39,269 nt of DNA, from assembly GCA_016194825.1 (NCBI GenBank), contig JACQAR010000094.1, forward strand, positions 1-39,269, read 5' to 3'. The stretch comes from Chlamydiia bacterium (GTDB lineage Bacteria; Chlamydiota; Chlamydiia; Chlamydiales; SM23-39). Below are positions 8,877 to 17,015 of the stretch, piece by piece (within the stretch, counting starts at the first letter, position 1; each line of letters starts with the position of its first letter). The notes below the pieces were generated by a model. The model saw nothing but the letters and a program-made list of their open reading frames with translations, made no database searches and had not been told where the DNA came from. The translations under genes and the position numbers were made by a program.

Positions 8877-9805
8877 AGATTTTTGTTTTAGTTTTTCTGA
8901 TTGTTGGTAAATGTCTGGCTAGGGATTATGTAACAATTTGCGAGGAATGGGGGCAATTTGGTAGCCAACTTTTTTCCTATGCAATCGTAATGAGTTGGGC
9001 ATGGACTCATGATAAAATACCAGTTTTCTCAAAAGAATTTTTAATTGGGAGGCCTGGGGGGCAACTCAATTACGATCGAATTTTTCATCGGTTACCGCAA
9101 AATATTTCGGGAGATATACATATTAATCCCGATAAGCCTTATCACATTGGCAAATATCAGAGTATAGGGGGAATCCCCTGTCATTTTGTTCCTGGCAATG
9201 TTTGCATGTGTGGGGTAACGCATGAATTTACATACTTTGATCCATATAAAGATCGAATTCGTGAGCTTTATGCAGCACCAGCTGAAGTCTTAAGTGAATT
9301 AAAAGGAAAATATTCTCGGATCCTTGATCATCCCAAAACGGTGGCAGTTCACATAAGGACCTATCATCCTCAACTTGAATTACATTGTTTTTTAGGCGAA
9401 GAGTATTACCAAACAGCAATGGATTTTTTTGATGATGAGCATTTATTTGTGGTATTTTCAGATAGAATAGAGTGGTGTAAAAGGCATTTGAATTGGCAAG
9501 GCGAGAATGTTGTGTTTATTGAGGGTAATGATTATATAACTGATTTTTATTTAATGACTTTTTGTAAAAATCTTGTGACCAGCAATTCTACTTTTAGTTG
9601 GTGGGCAGCATACCTCAAGCAAACTCCTGATGGATTAATCATTGCTCCGAATCGATGGTTTTATGACCCATACGACGCCGATCCATATTTAAATCGAATT
9701 TCAAAGAATTTCTATCCGAACGATTGGGTTATTCTCTCTGTTCCATCACCGGAGCGAGATTGGACTTTAATAGAGTACAAAACAAGTTCGCTTCATGAAA
9801 ATTAA
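8873..9805 (+). CDS. GT11-family glycosyltransferase, paralog 3, with leader
   Basis: ATGA overlap. Motifs WGQFGSQLFSYA, HPKTVAVHIRTYHP, and SNSTFSWWAAYLKQ. The leader is MKIFVLVFLIVGKCLA. Confidence 0.7.
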   Translation: MKIFVLVFLIVGKCLARDYVTICEEWGQFGSQLFSYAIVMSWAWTHDKIPVFSKEFLIGRPGGQLNYDRIFHRLPQNISGDIHINPDKPYHIGKYQSIGGIPCHFVPGNVCMCGVTHEFTYFDPYKDRIRELYAAPAEVLSELKGKYSRILDHPKTVAVHIRTYHPQLELHCFLGEEYYQTAMDFFDDEHLFVVFSDRIEWCKRHLNWQGENVVFIEGNDYITDFYLMTFCKNLVTSNSTFSWWAAYLKQTPDGLIIAPNRWFYDPYDADPYLNRISKNFYPNDWVILSVPSPERDWTLIEYKTSSLHEN

Positions 9806-9811
9806 AAAATC

Positions 9812-9840
9812 TTGACGGTATGAAAAATTTTCTTTATAAT
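9812..9840 (+). promoter_or_regulatory. Near-consensus sigma-70/66 promoter for the GT17 gene
   Basis: TTGACG (9812-9817), a 17-nt spacer, then TATAAT (9835-9840). GGAGG (9860-9864) lies 4 nt before the ATG at 9869. Confidence 0.55.
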
Positions 9841-9868
9841 CCATCGGTACGTTTTTAACGGAGGTTTT

Positions 9869-10714
9869 ATGAGAAAATTTTTTCTTGCAATGCTGATTTT
9901 GGTCTCTGGTTGGAGCCAAGCTGCTGAACGAAATTACAAGATTTATGACTGTTTCCCATTTTTGAATGAATATGACCTGTTGGCAATCCGTTTGCGCGAG
10001 TTGTCAGATAAGGTAGATTATTTTGTCTTGATGGAAGCGGTAGAAACGTTCCGAGGCAATCCTAAGCCTTTATATTTCCAACAAAATAAGCACCTTTTTG
10101 AGCCTTATTTGCACAAGATTATCCATGTTGTAGTGAATGAGCGGTATAAACCAGGAACCGCTGATCCTTGGGGAAGAGAAGAATTCCAAAAAAACCAAGT
10201 CATCCGAGGACTGGTCAACTGCTCACCGAATGATGTAATCATCATCAATGACTGCGATGAAATCATTCGAAATAGAAACTTCGATGAGATGCTTGAGATT
10301 CTACAGGCAGGCGGGCACGGAAGAATCGTTTCCTGTGAGGGCGGATTTTATCAGTTTTTTTACAACCGAAAAATGGGAGAGTGGAACGGCCCAGCTATGA
10401 CTCACTTTTCTACAGTGCAAGCACTGAGCCCTGATGGCATTCGAGCGCGTAGAGATCATTGCGGCTTTCATGTCCGAAATGCAGGATGGCATTTCAGCAA
10501 TATGGGGGGCTTAAAGACGTATGTGGAAAAACTGGCCTCCTTTTCTCATGGTGAAGCAGATATTCCCTTGCATAGAGATCCAAACCATATTTACGGCGCA
10601 GTCCAAGGCCTGCGTCTTGTGGAAATTGATGACAGTTTCCCCGAATACATCAAAGAAAACGTAGAGTATTTCCGATCTAAGGGATTGCTCGATGATGGCA
10701 CAGGGTATCGCTAG
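9869..10714 (+). CDS. GT17-family glycosyltransferase (bisecting beta-1,4-GlcNAc-transferase-like) with N-terminal leader
   Basis: YKIYDCFPFLNEYDLLAIRLRELSDKVDYFVLMEAVETFRGNPKPLYF matches the characteristic start of the Glyco_transf_17 domain. The leader is MRKFFLAMLILVSGWSQAAE. Confidence 0.7.
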   Translation: MRKFFLAMLILVSGWSQAAERNYKIYDCFPFLNEYDLLAIRLRELSDKVDYFVLMEAVETFRGNPKPLYFQQNKHLFEPYLHKIIHVVVNERYKPGTADPWGREEFQKNQVIRGLVNCSPNDVIIINDCDEIIRNRNFDEMLEILQAGGHGRIVSCEGGFYQFFYNRKMGEWNGPAMTHFSTVQALSPDGIRARRDHCGFHVRNAGWHFSNMGGLKTYVEKLASFSHGEADIPLHRDPNHIYGAVQGLRLVEIDDSFPEYIKENVEYFRSKGLLDDGTGYR

Positions 10715-10728
10715 GATTTTTCAAAACA

Positions 10729-10880
10729 GTGCTCCCTAAAACGAGTACCTCGACTTAAAAATTTTCACAAAGGATTTGTGTTCAGATTTTCCTGTCTAGC
10801 AAAGCGCGAGCGCAAAGCTAGGCGGGAAAAGATGAACCAAAGCCTTCTGAAAATTTTTAAGTCGAGGTACGAGGGGGCAC
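10729..10880. repeat. ~150-nt imperfect palindrome between convergent operons (bidirectional terminator or MITE-like foldback)
   Basis: Perfect 23-nt arms gtacctcgacttaaaaattttca (10745-10767) and tgaaaatttttaagtcgaggtac (10848-10870). Outer pairing is gtgctccct (10729-10737) with agggggcac (10872-10880). Inner imperfect arms are ttcagattttcctgtctagc and gctaggcgggaaaagatgaa. Confidence 0.65.
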
Positions 10881-10895
10881 TTCTTAGAGAAGGGC

Positions 10896-11669
10896 TTATT
10901 GGTTGAGCATTTTAGAAGCTTTCAGCCTGGCTTTACACGCAAAGATTTTAAGTAAGAGAGGATAAGGGAGAGAGCGAAGCTGAGGGAGAAAGCGTTGAAA
11001 TTCTTCCATACGCCCTCTGTGGAGGGCCACCAGGTCGGTATGAGCAGAAATATAGCCAGGGCTGACTTGTTCCATCGTTGTTAAATCAAAGCAGTCAAAG
11101 CCCATGTTTCCCATAATCTCGATCATGTTTGATTCAAACTTGTTAGGAATAAAACCATATTCCATGATGACGATGGGACGGAAGCTCTGCAACAGTTTTT
11201 GGGCCCCCATGAGGACTTGATCCTCATGCCCTTCGGTATCGATTTTGATGAGGCTAAGAGGGTGTGGATTGAGGGAATCCATCAATTGATCCAAGGCCTC
11301 GGTTTGCACGTCAATGAGAGCAGTATGGCCTGGCATCCGTTCGGCATCCATCAGGCTTTGTTCTACCGTACATCCGAGATTGGCTTCATGGGGATAGATT
11401 TTCATCGAGATACGACGGTTCGGGACGGAAGAAACGGCGCAGGGGGAAAGAACGATGTTGGTGGTGTGTCTTTTCCTGATTTCTTGAGAGATGAGCTCGA
11501 AGGCGCGGGGCTGTGGCTCAAAGGCAAAGATCTTGCCATTGGGGCCTACAAGCTTGCTGTAGAGAAAGCTGTAATACCCTTCAAAAGCACCAGCATCAAT
11601 CACGGCGTCGCCTGGTTGGATATAGCGGAGGGCTAAGGCATATTTTCTCAGTTCTTTTTTTTCGAACAC
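10896..11669 (-). CDS. FkbM-family SAM methyltransferase
   Basis: Motifs VIDAGAFEGYYSFLYSKLVGPNGKIFAFEPQPRAF and LIKIDTEGHEDQVL (FkbM signature blocks). GTG start. Confidence 0.7.
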   Translation of the reverse strand: MFEKKELRKYALALRYIQPGDAVIDAGAFEGYYSFLYSKLVGPNGKIFAFEPQPRAFELISQEIRKRHTTNIVLSPCAVSSVPNRRISMKIYPHEANLGCTVEQSLMDAERMPGHTALIDVQTEALDQLMDSLNPHPLSLIKIDTEGHEDQVLMGAQKLLQSFRPIVIMEYGFIPNKFESNMIEIMGNMGFDCFDLTTMEQVSPGYISAHTDLVALHRGRMEEFQRFLPQLRSLPYPLLLKIFACKARLKASKMLNQ

Positions 11670-11676
11670 GGTGCAC

Positions 11677-12738
11677 CTATTCTCGAAAGGCTGCGATTTG
11701 CTTTTCTAGAGATTGCTGGTAGCGAGTGACTGCTTCTTGATCGCTGTCCAGAGGAGCCCAAGGAGCCCAGAGGGTGTCTTTGCGATCAAAGGGGCCCGGG
11801 GTTGCCTCGTGGATGATGAGGTGATTGCTTCTCATGATGATGGTGTGATAGACGCCTTGAGGAACGCGGACAAAGAAATTACGATGGGAATATTGATCGC
11901 CCAGAGGAATGACAGCAGTTACTTTGCCTGTTTCATCAAAAAAGATGAAGTCGGCCTCTCCTTCAAGAATGTGAAGCGATTCATCTTTGCCGATGTGGAG
12001 ATTGGGTCGTACATAGGTCATGTCGGTATAGACAACAAACATCTCATGCAGAGCTGCTTGGTCATCGAGGTGGATACAGAGGCGGATTCTTTTTCGAGTC
12101 GTTTTGTAGACTTCTGATTTCAGATACTCCAAATCTGAGCGCTTTAAAGTGACTACGCCCGGCTTAGCGCGGCACATCTCTTCTGTAATCCGATCGAATT
12201 GACATCCTGTGATCGCACTGACCGGTTCGGTGGCATGGTGTGCGCGATACTGTTCTTTTTCGGCATCTGTTTGTAGATCGGCAGACCAGGCAGGGAATAT
12301 GGTATTGGCTCTTGAAAAAGGACCGGAGATGATTTCGTGGGCCATGGCATTTTTTGAAAAAAGGATAAGCGAATGCGCCTGATGCTTAGGGATGCGGCAA
12401 TAAAAAGGGAGCTCACTGTGATAAGGCCCCAGCCTTACGTCATGGGTGAAGCGGCCTTCTGCATCAAAAAAGAGGTATTTGCCAAAGCCTTCAATCACGT
12501 GAAAGGATTCGTCGATGTGGTGAAAACTCGGCCTTACATAGGTTTTCCCACTGAAAGCAATGAACATCTCTTGCATCCGATCTTCCAGGCCGGAATGCAT
12601 GCAGACACGGGAGCGAAGAGTAGGAGAGAGGTCGATCCCTTTCATAAAAAAGGGGATTTCGTGTTTTGAAAATCGTGGAAATTTTTCAGTGCAATTCCAA
12701 ACGCCCGCGCTAACGAGTTGTGTATTGAGAGCTTTCAT
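11677..12738 (-). CDS. Tandem double-cupin protein (WbuC-like)
   Basis: It contains two homologous halves, RVCMHSGLEDRMQEMFIAFSGKTYVRPSFHHIDESFHVIEGFGKYLFFDAEGR and RLCIHLDDQAALHEMFVVYTDMTYVRPNLHIGKDESLHILEGEADFIFFDETGK. The start is set at ATG 12738, which forms an ATGA overlap with the upstream stop. The track's start at 12756 is an alternative. Confidence 0.45.
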   Translation of the reverse strand: MKALNTQLVSAGVWNCTEKFPRFSKHEIPFFMKGIDLSPTLRSRVCMHSGLEDRMQEMFIAFSGKTYVRPSFHHIDESFHVIEGFGKYLFFDAEGRFTHDVRLGPYHSELPFYCRIPKHQAHSLILFSKNAMAHEIISGPFSRANTIFPAWSADLQTDAEKEQYRAHHATEPVSAITGCQFDRITEEMCRAKPGVVTLKRSDLEYLKSEVYKTTRKRIRLCIHLDDQAALHEMFVVYTDMTYVRPNLHIGKDESLHILEGEADFIFFDETGKVTAVIPLGDQYSHRNFFVRVPQGVYHTIIMRSNHLIIHEATPGPFDRKDTLWAPWAPLDSDQEAVTRYQQSLEKQIAAFRE

Positions 12739-13412
12739 GCTTTTTTCCCTGTGCAAACAATGAATAGATAGTGAGCAAGTTTAGAAAATCCTGTGTGGAC
12801 GACCTCATCATTCATGGAAAAGAGGAGGACCGTATGAAAATAGTGCTTCCATAGATTCTGTAAGTCTTCTCCCGATTTACAGTTCACATGGCCAGCTTTA
12901 GAGCCTGCGGAAGCATAAACTTGCGATTCTAAGGAAGGGCAGCCGATGACTGCGATTCCATTTTGACTCATGGAGTCTCTTATGTTGAGAATGAAGCGTT
13001 TTTCATCTTTAGGATGAATGTGTTCAAAGACATCGCACGAATATACCCCATCAAAAGAACCGGGAACGGGGGCCGATAGAATGTCATGAATACGGTAAGA
13101 GATAGGCCATGTGCTTTTCTGTTCCCTTCGGATACAGTCTTCAATGAAAATGGGATCGATGTCAGTGGCCACTACTTCAGGGACTGCTTGTCGGACGATT
13201 CTGGTTCCAAAAGCATCTGCACAGCCAATCTCTAAGGCATTACGACATCCGGTGAGCATTTTGGAAACAAATTTGTACCGAGATAAGAGAAAGACCAATC
13301 TCTTTGGGTCTGTTTGCCAAACGAAATTGCTCATAATCCCAAACTCAGATCGACCAAATTTTTCATCGATTTCCAGACACGGCATGTATTGTTTTTCAAA
13401 TGTCTCTTGCAT
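12735..13412 (-). CDS. Class I SAM-dependent methyltransferase
   Basis: Motifs ALEIGCADAFGTRIV (motif I) and FDGVYSCDVFEHI (motif II/III region). Confidence 0.65.
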   Translation of the reverse strand: MQETFEKQYMPCLEIDEKFGRSEFGIMSNFVWQTDPKRLVFLLSRYKFVSKMLTGCRNALEIGCADAFGTRIVRQAVPEVVATDIDPIFIEDCIRREQKSTWPISYRIHDILSAPVPGSFDGVYSCDVFEHIHPKDEKRFILNIRDSMSQNGIAVIGCPSLESQVYASAGSKAGHVNCKSGEDLQNLWKHYFHTVLLFSMNDEVVHTGFSKLAHYLFIVCTGKKA

Positions 13413-14644
13413 TATTCCACTCGTAAATTCGGCAGAGGGATGAGGAATTTCCCTCCGGCATTTTTATAGGCTTGGTTCTTTTTCATAATCGCATCGGCGA
13501 AACGCCAAGCAGAAATGATGGTCAGGCTGGGTTGGTATTTGAGAAGGGAGTCTGAGGCAAGTACTGGGGTGAAGTAGCCTGGGCTCAACCGCTTTTGTCT
13601 CAGCGGGTTATCGTCGACAATAAAGGAGATCTGATCGGAGATGCCCAGCATTGCATTCAAAACAGTGCTTGTTGCGGAAGCGCCATACGCAGCAATCCGA
13701 TGTCCTTGAGCCAATTCTTGTTGGATTTTCTCCTGCAACTGGGATCGGATCGCATCGATCTTCTTTTCTAGTTTTGCATAAGTTTCTGCATCATAAAGGC
13801 CGCTCTTTTTTTCCTCCGCAATCATTTTCTCAACGGTGGGAGAAGGGGCTATGGGATTGGTGGCCTTTATCGCATAGCATCGGATGCTGCCGCCTTTGGT
13901 TGCAATTCGCTCTACATCGATGAGTTTGAGATCGCAGCTTTGCATGAACTGTTGGAGAGGGAGGATGCTGTGATAGCAGAGATGCTCATGGTAAATGTAA
14001 TCGAGCACTAAGTTTTCCACCGTGTCTTTTAGATAAGATACTTCAAAAACGAAAGTGCCAGTGTCTTTTAATAAAGCGTGAACAGAGAGCGCAAATCCAC
14101 GGAGATCGTCGGCATGGGAAAAGACGTTATTCGCCGTCACTAGATCCATTTTCCCATATTTTTCGGAAATTTTGTTGGCGAGAGAGGCGTTGAGAAAGCC
14201 TACTTCGGTATGGATGCCACTGGCTTTTGCTAAAGAGGCTACATATTGCGAGGGATCGACGCCTAGTACCTGGAATCCAAGGTTTTTGAATTTGGAGAGG
14301 AGCAATCCATCATTGCTGCCGACATCGAGGACATGGGCTCCCTTCGCCAATTTCAGTTGCTTGGCTACGTGAGATGCGTAAGCGGTAAAATGGGCATCTA
14401 AGTCGGGAGAGCTAGAAGAAGTGTAGATATAGTTTCCATAGAGAATATCGGGAGATACGACATCCAGTAATTGGGCATGCCCACATTTTTTGCACATGTA
14501 TAAATCCATGGGGAAATGAGGCAGGGAAAGTTCGTCATCTTCCAACTTCCTAAAATTATCTACCGGAGGGGAAGATGGCATCTTCAAAATCAGGTTTACA
14601 TTTTTTGAATGGCAAAGCCTACAGTGGTCGTTTTTGCTGATCAT
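13412..14644 (-). CDS. NDP-hexose C-methyltransferase (TylCIII-like), copy 1
   Basis: N-terminal Cys4 zinc ribbon CRLCHS...CKKCGHAQ, SAM motif VLDVGSNDG, and a long C-terminal domain. It is a paralog of 28376-29569. Confidence 0.7.
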   Translation of the reverse strand: MISKNDHCRLCHSKNVNLILKMPSSPPVDNFRKLEDDELSLPHFPMDLYMCKKCGHAQLLDVVSPDILYGNYIYTSSSSPDLDAHFTAYASHVAKQLKLAKGAHVLDVGSNDGLLLSKFKNLGFQVLGVDPSQYVASLAKASGIHTEVGFLNASLANKISEKYGKMDLVTANNVFSHADDLRGFALSVHALLKDTGTFVFEVSYLKDTVENLVLDYIYHEHLCYHSILPLQQFMQSCDLKLIDVERIATKGGSIRCYAIKATNPIAPSPTVEKMIAEEKKSGLYDAETYAKLEKKIDAIRSQLQEKIQQELAQGHRIAAYGASATSTVLNAMLGISDQISFIVDDNPLRQKRLSPGYFTPVLASDSLLKYQPSLTIISAWRFADAIMKKNQAYKNAGGKFLIPLPNLRVE

Positions 14645-15350
14645 ATGTGTGGATCAATTCCTCCTGCAATCTGTTGGTTAACCCTCCATCGAGAGTGATG
14701 GTTTGTCCATTGATACAAGCCGCTTTATCTGAAATGAGATACTCCACTAAATGGGCAATATTCTGTACAGTACAGACATTTTTTGCAGACCATTCTTGAA
14801 GAAGCTCAAAAAAGGAACGATGGGAGGGGGGGTAATTTTCGATGGTATCTTTTAAAAAACTTCCGGGAGCGATGCAGTTGATGTGAAAAGTCGAGGCGCT
14901 CTTGCGTACAGAGTAGTATTTCATCAGTTGGATTTGGGATGCTTTTAACCAATGATACCAAAAAGAAAGATGAGGGTTAATCAAAAAAGCATTCACCGAA
15001 GAAATGATGACAACCGATAAGGGGCTGGTGGCTTTAGCACAGCTCTCTTCCAAGATTTGCTGTGTCGAGAGTATTTCTGTGTTGCAGGCTATAGACATAT
15101 CAAACTGACTTGCAGGTCGATACCGTTGGCAAAAAACAATGGCGCGGGGCAAGTGATGGGTCAGTAAATCGGGAAGAGCAACAAGAGGTTGAGAGAGATC
15201 TACAGGATAGTGGATAAAATGATGGGTATTGGCTTTACAGGCTGTTCGACTGAGGGAGATGACTTGGTAGTTGGGTTCCAATAAACCTGCTATTGTTTGG
15301 CCGAGTTTCCCCGATCCACCAACTAACCACACGATGGGCAAATGGCTCAT
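14619..15350 (-). CDS. Short-chain dehydrogenase/reductase (classical SDR), probably a keto-sugar reductase
   Basis: Motifs VGGSGKLGQTIA (Rossmann), YYSVRK (YxxxK), and NCIAPG. Confidence 0.6.
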   Translation of the reverse strand: MSHLPIVWLVGGSGKLGQTIAGLLEPNYQVISLSRTACKANTHHFIHYPVDLSQPLVALPDLLTHHLPRAIVFCQRYRPASQFDMSIACNTEILSTQQILEESCAKATSPLSVVIISSVNAFLINPHLSFWYHWLKASQIQLMKYYSVRKSASTFHINCIAPGSFLKDTIENYPPSHRSFFELLQEWSAKNVCTVQNIAHLVEYLISDKAACINGQTITLDGGLTNRLQEELIHTYDQQKRPL

Positions 15351-16340
15351 TTATTCCTTATGCACATAGGACAAGGGGAGTTTTACGAGCTCGTTGTAAT
15401 TCTCTTGTACCCACTGAATGGTGTTGGGGACCCCTTTTGTAAGAGGGATCTCAGGGAGCCACCCCAAGGTTCGGCGAGCTTTTGTGGAGTCGATGATATA
15501 GGCTTTGTCTTGTCCTAGTCTTTCAGGGGCCACTACTGTTGCCTTCTCAAAGGGAACTGCCAGATTCTTGCAAATTTGCTCTACTACACTCCGTACGCTA
15601 ACTCCTGCATCTGGAGAAAGGTGATAGATTTGTCCAATTTCTCCCTTTTCCATGGCTAAAAGTTCGCCTTTCGATACATCGCGGATATGGATGTAAGATT
15701 TGACCGCCACTCCTCCACCATGGAGTTCAATGGGTTTATTCCCCTTGATATAGAGGATAGAGCGGGGAATGATTTTAAACAGTTGTTGGTAGGGGCCGTA
15801 GACATTGGTGGCCCGAATCATGACGAAGGGGAAGTGGAAATTTTTATAAAAAGTAAAGAGGGAAAGGTCCCCCGCGGCTTTGGAAGCGGCGTACGGGGTC
15901 GTGGGATTTAAGGGGGCGTTTTCATAAACGGTTCCCTCACAAGTCCCGTAGACCTCTGGAGAAGAGATGTGCACATATTTGGCCAAGTATTTTTTATCTT
16001 TCAGCAGGTTGAAGAGGCAGGTGAGTGCTACAGCATTGGTCTGAAACCAATGCCCGGGGTTTTCCCAGCTCGGGGCCACTTCGCTTTGCGCAGCAAAATT
16101 CACAATGTATTTGGGTTGAAATGCGTCGAGAAGTTGGTTGAGTTTGCCTAAATCTTGATTCAGATCGATTTGATGAAAGGTGTAATTCTGAGAAGATTTT
16201 TTTTTGTAGGGCAGAAATAATGCGCTCTTTTCCGGAGAGCGACTCACTCCCATGACTTGGTATTTTCCCTCTTCTAGCAAAAGATCAATGAAATCGCTTC
16301 CCGAAAACGAATTGCTGCCAATGACTAGAACTTTATCCAT
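15351..16340 (-). CDS. NDP-hexose 4,6-dehydratase-like extended SDR
   Basis: Motifs IGSNSFSGSDFIDLLL, NFAAQSEVAPSWENP, SSPEVYG, and YAASKAAGD (YxxxK). Confidence 0.65.
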   Translation of the reverse strand: MDKVLVIGSNSFSGSDFIDLLLEEGKYQVMGVSRSPEKSALFLPYKKKSSQNYTFHQIDLNQDLGKLNQLLDAFQPKYIVNFAAQSEVAPSWENPGHWFQTNAVALTCLFNLLKDKKYLAKYVHISSPEVYGTCEGTVYENAPLNPTTPYAASKAAGDLSLFTFYKNFHFPFVMIRATNVYGPYQQLFKIIPRSILYIKGNKPIELHGGGVAVKSYIHIRDVSKGELLAMEKGEIGQIYHLSPDAGVSVRSVVEQICKNLAVPFEKATVVAPERLGQDKAYIIDSTKARRTLGWLPEIPLTKGVPNTIQWVQENYNELVKLPLSYVHKE

Positions 16341-16352
16341 CGCAAAAAACCC

Positions 16353-17015
16353 CTACTCAAAATAAATGAAAGAATTGTCGCCTGTATATCCGCAATGCTT
16401 AAACCACCACTGCCAATCTTCTGGAGAATAAAAAGAACGGCATGTCAGCTGCCAGTACAGTAAATTGACCTTTTCTTCTTCATTGCGGAATGATTCCACT
16501 ACTAAGTACTTATTTTTTTTACCTACTCGTTCCATTTCTTTCAGAGCCGATTCGAGTTTGGCGCAGGGTAAATTGTGCAAAGTATTGATCGAAATCACAA
16601 GATCGAACGAATGATCTGGAAAGGGAAGCTTTGCGGCATCTGCTACCTGCAGACAAGATCTGACCTCTTCTTTCGCTGTGCGAATCCCGTATTCCGAGAT
16701 ATCGACGCCCTTCACAGACAGGCCGGGAACAGCTTGCGTGAGATCATAGAGCAAAAAGGCGCGGCCACATCCTACATCGAGAACGGTATCTCCTGCTTTT
16801 AACCCATAATGCTCTTTGAGTAGATCTGCCACAGCTCTCCAACGGCCGTCATATTTATAACCGCCATACCCATATTTGCGATCTCCATCCCAGTATTCTT
16901 GCCCAAATTGGCAAGCGATCGTTGCTACTTCGGCTTTAGGAGCTTCATTGACACGACCTAAATAATCTCGTTTGGTTTTTCGATGCAGAGGAGAGATAAA
17001 ATCTATGTAAGACAT
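16353..17015 (-). CDS. Class I SAM-dependent methyltransferase
   Basis: Motifs VLDVGCGRAFLLYDL and FDLVISINTLHNL. The start is set at ATG 17015 (MSYIDF), which has AGGAAAAGT upstream. The track's start at 17045 is an alternative. Confidence 0.65.
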   Translation of the reverse strand: MSYIDFISPLHRKTKRDYLGRVNEAPKAEVATIACQFGQEYWDGDRKYGYGGYKYDGRWRAVADLLKEHYGLKAGDTVLDVGCGRAFLLYDLTQAVPGLSVKGVDISEYGIRTAKEEVRSCLQVADAAKLPFPDHSFDLVISINTLHNLPCAKLESALKEMERVGKKNKYLVVESFRNEEEKVNLLYWQLTCRSFYSPEDWQWWFKHCGYTGDNSFIYFE

